Source: Gammaproteobacteria bacterium (GTDB taxonomy: Bacteria; Pseudomonadota; Gammaproteobacteria; Thiohalospirales; Thiohalospiraceae). From it: a stretch of 64,000 bases of DNA. The notes beneath the pieces are model-generated. The model was not told the DNA's origin and did not search any database. It worked only from the letters and a program-made list of their open reading frames with translations. The stretch's first letter is position 1; the number at the start of each line of letters is the position of its first letter. Below, in pieces: positions 21,411 to 31,220 of the stretch. The stretch spans positions 3,548 through 67,547 of the forward strand of contig WFXP01000107.1 of assembly GCA_015490535.1 (NCBI GenBank). Direction: 5' to 3'. A program made the translations under genes and the position numbers.

Positions 21411-22160
21411 CTACAGCCGCGGCACCAGCTCCACCAGCAGGCGGCAGACCTTCTCCATGCCACTCTCCAGATGCTGCCGGATGAGATCCATGGAGATGGT
21501 CTCACCCTCCCGGCCGCGCCCCGCCGCCATGTTGGCCACCACCGCGCAGGCGGCATAGCTCAGTCCCAGTTCGCAGGCCAGGGCCGCCTCCGGCATGCCG
21601 GTCATGCCCACCATGTGGCAGCCATCCCGCTCGAGGCGGTCGATCTCCGCCGCGGTCTCCAGGCGCGGGCCCTGGGTGGCGCCGTAGGTCCCGCTGTTCA
21701 CGGTATGCAGACCGGCGGCCCGCGCCGCCTCCATCAGCAGGCTGCGCAGCTCCTCGCTGTAGGGGCGGGTGAAATCCACATGCACCACGCTGCTGAGCCC
21801 GTCCTCGAAAAAGGTGTTGATGCGCGACCAGGTGTAGTCGATGATCTGATCCGGAAACACCAGGCAGCCCGGAGTAAGGCTGCTGTCGATACCACCCACG
21901 GCGTTGACGGCGATCACGCTCCGCACCCCGATACTGTGCAGCGCCCAGATGTTGGCCCGGTAGTTTATCCTGTGGGGCGGGATGGTGTGCCCCGAGCCGT
22001 GACGCGGCAGGAACACCACGCCGTGCCCCTGCAGCCGGCCGTGAACCAGGGGCCCCGAGGGCTCCCCATAGGGGGTGTTGACCACCTCGCGACGCACGAT
22101 CTCCAGGCCATTCAGGGAGGTGAGGCCGGTACCTCCTATGATCGCGGTTTCACTCATCAT
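21411..22160 (-). CDS. S-methyl-5'-thioadenosine/thioinosine phosphorylase (PNP/MTAP family)
   Basis: [28 protein letters not shown] and [13 protein letters not shown] motifs. Confidence 0.85.
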   Translation of the reverse strand: MMSETAIIGGTGLTSLNGLEIVRREVVNTPYGEPSGPLVHGRLQGHGVVFLPRHGSGHTIPPHRINYRANIWALHSIGVRSVIAVNAVGGIDSSLTPGCLVFPDQIIDYTWSRINTFFEDGLSSVVHVDFTRPYSEELRSLLMEAARAAGLHTVNSGTYGATQGPRLETAAEIDRLERDGCHMVGMTGMPEAALACELGLSYAACAVVANMAAGRGREGETISMDLIRQHLESGMEKVCRLLVELVPRL

Positions 22161-22713
22161 CTCCCTCCCCGAGCGCATAGATGGCGGGCAGATTTCTCAG
22201 ATAGCCCTGGTAATCCATGCCGAATCCGAACACGTAGCGATCCTCCACCTCCAGTCCCAGGAAATCGGCCCTGATCCCGGGCGCCTTGCGCCCGTGCCTC
22301 TTCTCCACCAGCGCCGCCAGATGGACCTCGCTGGCCCCCTGCTCCCGGCAGTACTCCAGGATGGCGGCCAGGGTGTGCCCCTCGTCCAGGATGTCGTCCA
22401 CCACCAGCACCGCGCGCCCGGCCAGTGGCAGGGCCGGCCGGGCCAGCCAGCGGATCTCCCCGCCGCTGGTGGCGCCCCGGTAGCGGGTGGCGTGCAGATA
22501 GTCCAGCTGCAGCGGAAACCGCAGGCGGGTGAGCAGATGTCCCGTGGTGACGATCCCGCCGGTCATCACGCACAGCAGGATGGGGTTCTTCCCCGCCAGC
22601 GCGGCGGCGATCCCGGCCGCCATGCGATCCAGGGCCGCGTTCACCGCATCTCTCCGGTAGAGACATTGGGCCCGCTCCAGGGCCGCCTCGGCCTGTTGGG
22701 GTGAGATGGGCAT
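22150..22713 (-). CDS. hypoxanthine-guanine phosphoribosyltransferase-like protein
   Basis: 187 aa. PRPP-binding loop VLVVDDILDEGHTL. Overlaps the downstream phosphorylase gene. Confidence 0.8.
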   Translation of the reverse strand: MPISPQQAEAALERAQCLYRRDAVNAALDRMAAGIAAALAGKNPILLCVMTGGIVTTGHLLTRLRFPLQLDYLHATRYRGATSGGEIRWLARPALPLAGRAVLVVDDILDEGHTLAAILEYCREQGASEVHLAALVEKRHGRKAPGIRADFLGLEVEDRYVFGFGMDYQGYLRNLPAIYALGEGDDE

Positions 22714-23081
22714 CAGTAGGTAAAGGTGACGGTGTTGTCGTCCATCGCCTCGCTGATCATGTAGGCGCTGCCCACCGTCTCGGTTATCTCCGGGATCAGA
22801 TCCTCACCCCACAGCTCCACGGTGGTGGTGCACACCTTGAATACGGCGCCCGCCTCAACCGCCTCCTTCATCACGTCATATACCGTCTTGCTGCTGCCCG
22901 GCTGGAGCGTCAGCCGCTCCGCCACTCCCTTTTTCGCCAGCTCTCCGGAGCGTCCGGTGAGCACCACCTCCACATCATACTCCATGGCCGCCGCCACCCC
23001 AGCCTGGAAGAACGGCACACCCAGTTCACTGGGATTGGCCGGGTCGGTGTTTGCCAGAATTATCAAAAGCTTGTCTGCCAT
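22713..23081 (-). CDS. DsrE/DsrF-like family protein
   Basis: 122 aa. LLIILANTDP start and conserved Cys in FKVCTTT resemble DsrE2/DrsE_2-type small sulfur-relay-fold proteins. The stop overlaps the hpt start by 1 nt. Confidence 0.55.
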   Translation of the reverse strand: MADKLLIILANTDPANPSELGVPFFQAGVAAAMEYDVEVVLTGRSGELAKKGVAERLTLQPGSSKTVYDVMKEAVEAGAVFKVCTTTVELWGEDLIPEITETVGSAYMISEAMDDNTVTFTY

Positions 23082-23101
23082 CAGAGCCTATCTCCCCAGG
23101 T

Positions 23102-24016
23102 TCAGGAAACCATGCCTCGCAGAAACAGCGGCAGCTGGGCATCTATCCTCTGCACCGCGCGCACCCCCTCCTCTATGGCCTCGTCGGCACGGTGAAAATC
23201 CATCAGACCGATCCCTTCCACCACCGGCGTAATCAGCAGGTTGGGCGGCTCGCCCGCCATGCGGCTGCGGCTGATGCGCATCTGCATGATGTGGATACTA
23301 CCGGACACCACCTCGAATATCGAGGGTTCATCCCTCCCCTCTCCCGCCAGCCTCTGCTTCACCGCCCCCTCCCACATGCGGGCGGTTATCTCGCGCGCGC
23401 TGGCCAGCCAGGAGTCCTCCCCGCCCCTCTCTTGCCGCTCCTCGCTCCCGGCCGGAATGCTGCGCTGGGCGAACAGATCCACCGCGATCACCAGCTCGGC
23501 ACCCATCGCCCGACAGAGGGAGACCGGAACCGGATTGACCAAACCGCCATCCACCAGCCAGTGCCCGTTGTGATAGACCGGCGTGAACAAACCCGGCAGC
23601 GACGCCGAAGCGCGTACCGCATCCAGCACCGCACCCTCGCGCAGCCACACCTCCAGTCCGTTGGTCAGGTTGGTGGCGACCGCTCCGAAGGGCAGCTGCA
23701 GCTGCTCGATGCGCTCCACCCGGTAGTGCCGGCGCAGCTGCTCGAACACCTTTCTGCCCTGAATCACGCCCCCCTTGCTCAGGGTCACATCCAGGAATCC
23801 CACAACATCCTGCCACTTGAGGCGACGCACCCACTCCTCCAGGTGCGCCAGCTGCCCCGCCGCATGGGCCGCCCCCACCAGGGCGCCGATGGAGGTGCCG
23901 CACACGATGTCCGCCTCGATGCCGCGCTCGCGCAGGGCGTTGATCACACCGATGTGCGCCCAGCCGCGCGCCGCGCCCCCTCCCAGGGCCAGGGCGATGG
24001 TGGGCCGCCGCGTCAC
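23102..24016 (-). CDS. patatin-like phospholipase family protein
   Basis: GGGAARGWAHIGV oxyanion motif, GTSIG serine lipase motif, DGG catalytic Asp. Confidence 0.85.
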   Translation of the reverse strand: MTRRPTIALALGGGAARGWAHIGVINALRERGIEADIVCGTSIGALVGAAHAAGQLAHLEEWVRRLKWQDVVGFLDVTLSKGGVIQGRKVFEQLRRHYRVERIEQLQLPFGAVATNLTNGLEVWLREGAVLDAVRASASLPGLFTPVYHNGHWLVDGGLVNPVPVSLCRAMGAELVIAVDLFAQRSIPAGSEERQERGGEDSWLASAREITARMWEGAVKQRLAGEGRDEPSIFEVVSGSIHIMQMRISRSRMAGEPPNLLITPVVEGIGLMDFHRADEAIEEGVRAVQRIDAQLPLFLRGMVS

Positions 24017-25140
24017 GGGGCGGATCGCTCCGGCTGCGGCATGGTGCCCTCATCCCGCGCGATATGCAAGGTACGCGTGGGAAACGCCACCTCGGCGCCG
24101 TGCTCGCTTATTATGTGGTAGATGCGCAATAGTACATCCTCCTTGACCCGGTGGTACTCGCTCCAGTCGGTGGTACGGGTGAAAGTGTAGATGAAGAAGT
24201 CCAGCGAGGAGGGGCCGAAGGTGTTGAAGTTGACCATCAGCGTCTGGTCCTGATCGATCTCCGGGTGGTGCTGCAGCATGTGGCGCACCGCGGCCAGGAT
24301 CCGCTCCATCCTGCCGGCGTCGTCGTAGCGGATCCCGATGGTCTCCTTGATGCGCCGGTGGGTCATGCGCGAGGGGTTCTCCACCGCGATGGAGGTGAAG
24401 GTGGCGTTGGGGATGTAGAGGGGCCGCTTGTCGAAGGTGCGGATGCGGGTGAGGCGCCAGCCGATCTCCTCCACGGTGCCCTCGATCTCCCGATCCGGGG
24501 AGCGCACCCAGTCACCCACCGCGAAGGGGCGGTCCAGATAGATCATCAGGCCACCGAAAAAGTTGGCCAGCAGATCCTTGGCGGCGAAGCCCACCGCGAT
24601 CCCGCCGATGCCGCCAAAGGCCAGCACGCCGGAGATGCTGTATCCCAGGGTCTGCAGAATGACCAGGGTGGCGGTGATGATCACGGAGATGCGCAGCAGC
24701 TTGCCGACCGCGTCCAGGGTGGTGCGATCCAGCTCCCGGCCGCGCCGCTCGGCGCTGATCAGCATGTTCTGCTGCACCCGGCTCACCAGCCGCACCAGGA
24801 ACCACGCCAGCAGCACGATTACGCCGATGTCCCGCAGGGGACCCACGGCGTCGAACAGGGGGGCGCCGGTCTGGCGTCCCACGATGTGCGCGGCGAAGGC
24901 GATCCCCTGCAGCCAGATGAACATGCGCAGCGGTCTGCCCAGGGCCTCCACCAGGGCGTCGTCCCAGATGTTGTCGGTGCTCTGGAACAGGCGGTGCAGG
25001 CGCTTGAGGAAGCGCTTCACCAGGAAGGCGAGCAGCAGCGCCGCGAACACCACCACGAACGCCTGCACCATCCATGAGGTATCCGCCGGAAGCCGCCCCA
25101 GCAGCCCGGTCATGTACTGGATATCCAGCAGGCTGTTCAT
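24013..25140 (-). CDS. mechanosensitive ion channel (MscS family)
   Basis: 375 aa. Several TM helices followed by an MscS beta-domain (FAVGDWVRSPDREIEGTVEEIGWRLTRIRTFDKRPLYIPN). Confidence 0.85.
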   Translation of the reverse strand: MNSLLDIQYMTGLLGRLPADTSWMVQAFVVVFAALLLAFLVKRFLKRLHRLFQSTDNIWDDALVEALGRPLRMFIWLQGIAFAAHIVGRQTGAPLFDAVGPLRDIGVIVLLAWFLVRLVSRVQQNMLISAERRGRELDRTTLDAVGKLLRISVIITATLVILQTLGYSISGVLAFGGIGGIAVGFAAKDLLANFFGGLMIYLDRPFAVGDWVRSPDREIEGTVEEIGWRLTRIRTFDKRPLYIPNATFTSIAVENPSRMTHRRIKETIGIRYDDAGRMERILAAVRHMLQHHPEIDQDQTLMVNFNTFGPSSLDFFIYTFTRTTDWSEYHRVKEDVLLRIYHIISEHGAEVAFPTRTLHIARDEGTMPQPERSAP

Positions 25141-25144
25141 GGCG

Positions 25145-26188
25145 CTACAGGGGCAACTGTGCCGTGTCGTCGCCCAGGCGGGCCACCCTCTCCACCGCCT
25201 GGCGCCAGCGAGGGTCCGCCGGCAGCTCCTCCCGGCGCGGATGCTGGCGGCCGTGCATGCGCGCCAGACGCAGATGGACCACGGGGCTCTCCCGCCAGGT
25301 GATGCCCTCCACCACCCGCCGGATCTCCCGGGGGTTGTTGCACAGCAGGATCATGTCGCAACCGGCGGCCAGCGCCGACTCCGCCCGCTCCATCATATCG
25401 CCGGCGACGCTGGCGCCGGCCATGCCCAGATCGTCGCTGAATACCACCCCCTGAAATCCCAGCCGGCCGCGCAGTACGTCGCCGATCCAGAAAGGGGAGA
25501 AGCTGGCCGGCCGCCGGTCCACCCTTTCGTAAATGACGTGGGCGGTCATCACCGCCGCCAGGCCATGCCCCACCATGCGCTCGAAGGGAACCACATCCCG
25601 CATCATGATCTCCTCGAAAGTGCGTTGGTCACGCGGAACCGCCACGTGGGAATCGGCCGCCACCGCGCCGTGGCCCGGAAAATGTTTTCCGGTGGCGGCC
25701 ATGCCGGCCTCCCGCATCCCCGCCAGCCAGCCGTGGGCGAGCCGGGTTACCCCGTCCGGGGTGGAGTGGAAGGCGCGGTCGCCGATTACGCTGCTTACCC
25801 CGAGATCCAGATCCAGCACCGGGGCGAAGCTGAAATCCACCCCTACGGCGCGCAGCTCACGCGCCATCAGCCAGCCACACAGTTGGGCCATGTGGAAGGC
25901 GTCATCCGGATTGCGCGCATACAGCTCGCCGAAGCGGCGGGGGGCGGGAAGCGGCGTGAATCCATCGCGGAAGCGCTGCACCCGCCCCCCCTCCTGATCC
26001 ACCGCCACCAGGAGATGGGGCTTGCGCAGCCGGTGGATGGTGTCCACCAGCTCCGTCACCTGCTCCGGAGAGTGGTAGTTGCGGCTGAACAGGATTACCC
26101 CTCCCACCGCCGGATGCAGCAGCAGTTCGCGCTCCTCGGGAGTGAGCTCCTGCCCCTCGAGGTCCACCATGACCGGACCAAGACGCAT
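25145..26188 (-). CDS. nagZ: beta-N-acetylhexosaminidase NagZ
   Basis: 347 aa from MRLGPVMVDLEG. AVDQEGGRVQRF and KHFPGHG motifs. Confidence 0.9.
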   Translation of the reverse strand: MRLGPVMVDLEGQELTPEERELLLHPAVGGVILFSRNYHSPEQVTELVDTIHRLRKPHLLVAVDQEGGRVQRFRDGFTPLPAPRRFGELYARNPDDAFHMAQLCGWLMARELRAVGVDFSFAPVLDLDLGVSSVIGDRAFHSTPDGVTRLAHGWLAGMREAGMAATGKHFPGHGAVAADSHVAVPRDQRTFEEIMMRDVVPFERMVGHGLAAVMTAHVIYERVDRRPASFSPFWIGDVLRGRLGFQGVVFSDDLGMAGASVAGDMMERAESALAAGCDMILLCNNPREIRRVVEGITWRESPVVHLRLARMHGRQHPRREELPADPRWRQAVERVARLGDDTAQLPL

Positions 26189-26196
26189 GCCCTGCC

Positions 26197-26694
26197 TTAC
26201 TCCTCTATCAGCACCCTGGTGCCCACCGCCACCCGGTCGAACAGGGCCATGATGTCGGCGTTGCGCATCCTCACGCACCCCCTGGAGCGGGGAACGCCCA
26301 TCGGCTCGCTCTCCGGGCAGCCGTGAATGTAGATGTAGCGGCGCATGCTGTCCACCTCCCCAAGCCGGTTCCTGCCCACCTCGAGCCCGCTGAGCCACAG
26401 GATGCGGGTCAGGATCCAGTCACGGCCAGGGTAGCGGCGCGCCAGCTCCTCGGAGTAGATCTCGCCGCTCGGCCTGCGCCCCACGAACACGGTCCCTGCG
26501 GGGCAGCCGGCACCGATGCGGGCCCTGATCTGGTGCAGGCCACGGGGGGTGCAGAAGCTCCCCGCCAGCTCTCCGGCGCCGTTGCGCGCCGTGGAGACCG
26601 CCACATCCATGCACAGCCTGCCCTCCCGGTAGAGACGCAGGCGCTGATCGGCGAGGCCGATCACGACGTGCACGCTACCGGGAAGCGCCGTCAC
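26197..26694 (-). CDS. L,D-transpeptidase (YkuD) family protein
   Basis: YkuD catalytic motif IYIHGCPE...SRGCVRM. Start uncertain (GTG at 26694, ATG at 26748). Overlaps the CYTH gene end. Confidence 0.7.
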   Translation of the reverse strand: MTALPGSVHVVIGLADQRLRLYREGRLCMDVAVSTARNGAGELAGSFCTPRGLHQIRARIGAGCPAGTVFVGRRPSGEIYSEELARRYPGRDWILTRILWLSGLEVGRNRLGEVDSMRRYIYIHGCPESEPMGVPRSRGCVRMRNADIMALFDRVAVGTRVLIEE

Positions 26695-27160
26695 GCCACT
26701 CCCGGTAGGGGTGGGAGACCAGGCAGGTGTTGTAGTAGCGCGGGTCATGGGAGACCTCCTCCCCCGCCCAGTCGGGAAGCAGGAACGGCTCATCCTCGCG
26801 GGCGAGCTCGATCTCCGCCAGGATCAGCCCCTCGTTGGCGCCGTGGAACAGATCCACCTCCCAGATGTGATCGCCCACCGGCACCCGGTAGCGCCTCTTC
26901 TCGATGAGCGGTTTCATGCAGAGCCGCTCCAGCATCTGCTCGGCGTCCGGCAGGGGGATGGGGTAGTCGTACTCCAGCCTGCGCACCCCGAGCGTGGCGC
27001 TCTTGATATTGAGCGCGGCCCTGCCGGCGGCGATGCGCACGCGCACCGAAGCCGCCTCCGACCCGGCCAGGTAGCCCTGCCGGATCTCCGTGCCGCGGTC
27101 CGCCCGGCGGCGCCACCCGTCATCCCGCACCAGGAACTTGCGCTCGATCTCCGTCCCCAT
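26675..27160 (-). CDS. CYTH domain protein (triphosphate tunnel metalloenzyme)
   Basis: 161 aa. N-terminal EIERKFLV signature of CYTH/CyaB-ThTPase. Confidence 0.8.
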   Translation of the reverse strand: MGTEIERKFLVRDDGWRRRADRGTEIRQGYLAGSEAASVRVRIAAGRAALNIKSATLGVRRLEYDYPIPLPDAEQMLERLCMKPLIEKRRYRVPVGDHIWEVDLFHGANEGLILAEIELAREDEPFLLPDWAGEEVSHDPRYYNTCLVSHPYREWRDGASR

Positions 27161-27181
27161 GGGCCGGGAGCGGATCCGCTC

Positions 27182-27889
27182 CTACTGCTGCTGATCGGAG
27201 CCGACTATCACCTGTATATCGACCCCTTCCGGCAGTTCGTCCCCTCTGGTGACGATCTGGTTGCCCGGCAGGATGTGGCCCAGTTTCACCGCCTGCCTGG
27301 CATAGCTGGGGCGGTACCTGATAAACGTCTCATGCTGGGTTCCGACGGTAGTGCCCTCCCCAGCCCAGGATATGAAATACCCCTTTCCGGCGAGCCGTTC
27401 GCTTACCTGCTGCTCCAGACCGGGAACCCCGGAGGCGTTGTGGATCTCCACCCTGATCGCGTCCGTCACGGAAGGGGGCTCGGCACCGGCAGGGGGGGTG
27501 GCGCCGGCCGGAATGATGATGGCCTCCGCATCGGCGCTCGCCGCAATCTCGTCCGGAAGATAGAGATCCCCGGAGGCACCATCGGCCGCCACGCTCCCGT
27601 CATCCAGCTCGATCACCTCCACCACCTCGGCATCGGGCAGCCCAGCCACTGACCCCTCCGTGACCTCCGCATCCGGTAACAGGAGCTCGGAACTCTCCAC
27701 CGTCACCTCGTCATCGGCCGGCAGGACCACCGCCCCGGGTGGAAGTGGTTCCCCCTCGCTCAGGATGGTCCTGTCGCGGGCGGGATCTTCGGGCAATACC
27801 GTGATATCCTCGCCGCCCCCCTTCGGCTCCAGCATGGAGCACCCGCCTACCACCACTCCCAACAGCGCAAGCGTCAAATGTCTCTTCAT
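27182..27889 (-). CDS. lipoprotein with LytR_C-like C-terminal domain
   Basis: Lipobox LLGVVVGGCS, acidic low-complexity middle, C-terminal RVEIHNASGVPGLEQQVSERLAGKGY resembling LytR C-terminal domains. Confidence 0.55.
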   Translation of the reverse strand: MKRHLTLALLGVVVGGCSMLEPKGGGEDITVLPEDPARDRTILSEGEPLPPGAVVLPADDEVTVESSELLLPDAEVTEGSVAGLPDAEVVEVIELDDGSVAADGASGDLYLPDEIAASADAEAIIIPAGATPPAGAEPPSVTDAIRVEIHNASGVPGLEQQVSERLAGKGYFISWAGEGTTVGTQHETFIRYRPSYARQAVKLGHILPGNQIVTRGDELPEGVDIQVIVGSDQQQ

Positions 27890-28032
27890 GGATATTTCCC
27901 TGTAGTGTTGAATGTAACCGATCTACTGTTTCTCCAGCCCGACAAATCCCGCCGGCAGCCGTGAAACAGACCGCCCGGCAGGTCGATGAAGAGAACCTGC
28001 CTCCCCGCGCCGCCCATTATATCCCGAACCGG

Positions 28033-29361
28033 TCAGCGGCGGAATTCGAACAGGGCGATGGACTCCACATGCGCCGTATGGGGAAACATGTCCATCACCC
28101 CCACGGCCGCCAGGCGGTATCCATGAACCTTCACCAGCTCGCCCGCATCACGCGCCAGGGTGGCGGGATTGCAGGATACATAGACTATCTTCGGCGCCCG
28201 CAGCCCGGCGATGCGGGGCAGGAGTTCCAGCGCCCCACTGCGGGGCGGATCCAGCAAGATCCTGTCGTATCCGCTCCTGGCCCAGCTGTAGCAGTCGATC
28301 TCCTGCGCCAGATCGGCCACGTGAAACTCCACGTTGTGCAACCCGTTGCGCCCGGCGTTGTCGCGCGCCCGCTGTACCAGGGCGGCATCGCCCTCCACAC
28401 CCACCACCTCTTCCGCCATCCGCGCCAGGGGAAGGGAGAAGTTCCCGATCCCGCAGAACAGATCCAGAACCCGCTGCCCAGGGCCGCAGTCGAGCAGCTC
28501 CAGCGCCTGACGCACCATCCTGCGGTTCAGCGCTTCGTTCACCTGGGTGAAATCGGTGGGCAGAAAGAGCAGCTCCAGATCGAACTCCGGCAGCCGGTAG
28601 CCCAGCTGCGACCTCTCCGGCCACAGCAGATGTACCGAATCGGGGCCCCCGGGCTGGAGATAGATGTGCAGCCCGGTACGCCGCCCGAAATCCTCCAGCA
28701 GGGCGCGGTCGCCGGGGTCCAGCTCCTCCAGATGGCGGAACACCAGCGCCGCCACCCCGTCACCGACCGCCACCTCCAGTTGGGGCACCGAACGGCAGAT
28801 CCGCAGTGACTGCACCAGCTCCGCCAGTTCCGTCATGCGTCCGCCAATGGCCGGATGCAGAATCTCGCAGCGCTGCATATCCACGATGTAGCCGCTGTGC
28901 CTCTCGCGAAACCCCACCAGCACCCGGCCCTTGCCCTTGACGAACCGCGCACCCAGGCGCGCCTTGTGCCGGTAACCCCAGAGCGGCCCGGTCAGGGGCG
29001 GCAGGAGCCGCTGCGCCTCCACCGCGCCGATGCGCCGCAGCTGCTCCAGGAGCAGCCGCTGCTTGGCCTCGATCTGCGCCGCCGGATCCAGATGCTGCAG
29101 GGAGCAGCCGCCACACCGTCCAAAACTGTCGCAGCGGGGGGCCACCCGTTCCGGGGCGGCCTGCAGGATCTCCAGCACGCTCCCCTCGTCCCGGCTGCGG
29201 CGCCGGCCGGTATAGCGGAAGGTAACCAGCTCGCCAGGCAGGGCGCCGTCGATAAAAGTCACCTTGCCGGCAATCCGGGCCACGCCCCTGCCGTCATGGG
29301 AGAGCGACTCGATACGGGCCTCATGTGGCCCGGCCGGCAGCCGTTTCCGCCCACGCGCCAC
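28033..29361 (-). CDS. rlmD: 23S rRNA (uracil1939-C5)-methyltransferase RlmD
   Basis: 442 aa. TRAM N-domain, Fe-S cysteines (CDSFGRCGGCSLQH), SAM motif VLDLFCGIGNFSLPLA, catalytic SCNPATL. Confidence 0.9.
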   Translation of the reverse strand: MARGRKRLPAGPHEARIESLSHDGRGVARIAGKVTFIDGALPGELVTFRYTGRRRSRDEGSVLEILQAAPERVAPRCDSFGRCGGCSLQHLDPAAQIEAKQRLLLEQLRRIGAVEAQRLLPPLTGPLWGYRHKARLGARFVKGKGRVLVGFRERHSGYIVDMQRCEILHPAIGGRMTELAELVQSLRICRSVPQLEVAVGDGVAALVFRHLEELDPGDRALLEDFGRRTGLHIYLQPGGPDSVHLLWPERSQLGYRLPEFDLELLFLPTDFTQVNEALNRRMVRQALELLDCGPGQRVLDLFCGIGNFSLPLARMAEEVVGVEGDAALVQRARDNAGRNGLHNVEFHVADLAQEIDCYSWARSGYDRILLDPPRSGALELLPRIAGLRAPKIVYVSCNPATLARDAGELVKVHGYRLAAVGVMDMFPHTAHVESIALFEFRR

Positions 29362-29372
29362 TCCGCCCGCCC

Positions 29373-30263
29373 TCAGCCGAATACGCCGGTGGAGAGGTAG
29401 CGATCCCCGCGATCACAGACGATGGTCACGATGACGGCCCCCTCCAGCTCCCCGGCGAGCCGCAGCGCGGCGGCCACGGCCCCTCCGGAGGATACTCCGG
29501 CGAAGATCCCCTCCCTCCGGGCCAGCTCCCGGGTGGTACGCTCCGCCTCCTCCTGGGTCACGTCCAGGATCCTGTCCACCCGGCCGGGATCGTAGATTCG
29601 CGGCAGGTAGGCGGGTGGCCAGCGGCGGATTCCGGGGATGCTGGCCCCTTCGGCCGGCTGCACCCCGACGATCTGGATGGCGGGATTGCGCTCCTTGAGA
29701 TAGCGCGACACCCCCATTATGGTTCCGGTGGTACCCATGGCGCTGACGAAGTGGGTGATCCGGCCGGCGGTGTCGCGCCAGATCTCGGGCCCCGTGGATT
29801 CATAGTGGGCTCGTGGATTGTCCGGGTTGGCGAACTGGTTGAGTACCCGGCCGCGCCCCTCCGCCTCCATCTTCTCGGCAAGATCGCGCGCCCCCTCCAT
29901 CCCCTCCTCGGCGGAGACCAGCACGATCTCCGCGCCGTAGGCCCGCATCGCGGCGCGGCGCTCCATGCTCATGGTCTCCGGCATGATGAGCAGAAACCGG
30001 TAACCCCGGATCGCGGCAGCCAGGGCCAGGGCGATACCGGTATTGCCGCTGGTAGCCTCGATCAGGGTATCGCCGGGATGAATCTCGCCGCGCTGTTCGG
30101 CGTGCCGGATCATGCTGAGTGCAGGTCGATCCTTGACGGAACCGGCCGGATTGTTGCCCTCCAGCTTCACCAGGAAGATATTGCCCGACCCGGATGACAG
30201 GCGCTGCAGCCGCACCAGCGGGGTGCCGCCAACAAACGACTCAATGGTTGGAAACTCCCTCAT
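29373..30263 (-). CDS. cysM: cysteine synthase (CysM/CysK family, CysM-like length)
   Basis: 296 aa. PLP lysine motif NPAGSVKDR, TSGNTGIALA, GTTGT loop. Confidence 0.85.
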   Translation of the reverse strand: MREFPTIESFVGGTPLVRLQRLSSGSGNIFLVKLEGNNPAGSVKDRPALSMIRHAEQRGEIHPGDTLIEATSGNTGIALALAAAIRGYRFLLIMPETMSMERRAAMRAYGAEIVLVSAEEGMEGARDLAEKMEAEGRGRVLNQFANPDNPRAHYESTGPEIWRDTAGRITHFVSAMGTTGTIMGVSRYLKERNPAIQIVGVQPAEGASIPGIRRWPPAYLPRIYDPGRVDRILDVTQEEAERTTRELARREGIFAGVSSGGAVAAALRLAGELEGAVIVTIVCDRGDRYLSTGVFG

Positions 30264-30289
30264 AATCGGGAGTGTAATGCAATCCGTCC

Positions 30290-30327
30290 GGAAATTGTAT
30301 TATTCACCCGGCGACGATATATATCGT
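30290..30327 (-). promoter_or_regulatory. candidate cysM promoter: 14-bp perfect palindrome ACGATATATATCGT plus TACAAT -10
   Basis: Minus strand reads ACGATATATATCGT-N14-TACAAT, with the hexamer 31 nt upstream of the cysM ATG. A near-identical module occurs at 35036..35074. Confidence 0.35.
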
Positions 30328-30549
30328 TATCGGGCAAATTGCTTAAGGGGTTCGGGACAGCGGCGCAAAGTTCTTATAGAATGGTGACTCCCCCGAACGT
30401 AACCGACCGGATATCCCGGGGCCGGAGAAACGGCCCGGTTCGAGGGCGCGGCCTGCCGACAGCGGTATCCCCACCGGCGAAAGCCGCAGCGCCCGGCGGA
30501 CCGGCTGGTTCCGAGGCACCGTGATGGAAAGAACAGCGAAGAGGAACCC

Positions 30550-31206
30550 ATGAACAGCGAAACAGTTGTGGCAGCATTAGTCACCCTCATCGCAGGACTC
30601 CTGATTGGAGTACTGCTCGGCCGTGGCTCCCGAAGCAGGGAGGCCCGGCAGAACGCCGCCATCGAGGCGGAGCTGAACAAGACCAGAGAGGATGTGGAGA
30701 AGTATCGCAACCAGGTCAATCACCACTTTGAAAAGACGGCGGATCTGATGGGCGAGCTGACCGACAGTTACAAGGAGATGACCCGGCGCTACAAGAAGGT
30801 CTACGAGCATCTGGCGGAGGGTGCAAACACCCTGGCCAGCGTTGACACCAGCCGGATGATCACCTCCTCCACCATAGATCGCCTGATCTACGAGGCCAAC
30901 GAGGATACCCACGTGGCTGAAAAGAGCGCCGCCGGCCAGTCCGGGGGCAATGCCGGAGAGGACCGGCCGGAGCCAGCCGACAGCAGCGCTCCCCCTGCCG
31001 GGGACGAGAAGGCCACAAAACCGCAACCGGGGCGGATGGCCGAAGGAAGGGGAGACCGGCAGGAGAGGCCGACTGCCACGACCAGGGCCAACCGGCAGGG
31101 GAAGAAACCGAAACCGCCCGCACCGGACGCTCCGGCCTCCAGCCAAAAGAGTGATCGGCAGCCCATCCGGGAGACGCAAGGGAAGAAGGGAACCGGCGAG
31201 AGTTGA
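30550..31206 (+). CDS. YhcB/ZapG (DUF1043) family inner membrane protein with long disordered tail
   Basis: N-terminal TM helix, then a coiled region (ELNKTREDVEKYRNQVNHHFEKTADLMGELTDSYKEM) that parallels E. coli YhcB. Confidence 0.7.
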   Translation: MNSETVVAALVTLIAGLLIGVLLGRGSRSREARQNAAIEAELNKTREDVEKYRNQVNHHFEKTADLMGELTDSYKEMTRRYKKVYEHLAEGANTLASVDTSRMITSSTIDRLIYEANEDTHVAEKSAAGQSGGNAGEDRPEPADSSAPPAGDEKATKPQPGRMAEGRGDRQERPTATTRANRQGKKPKPPAPDAPASSQKSDRQPIRETQGKKGTGES

Positions 31207-31220
31207 TCGCGGCGGGCCCC

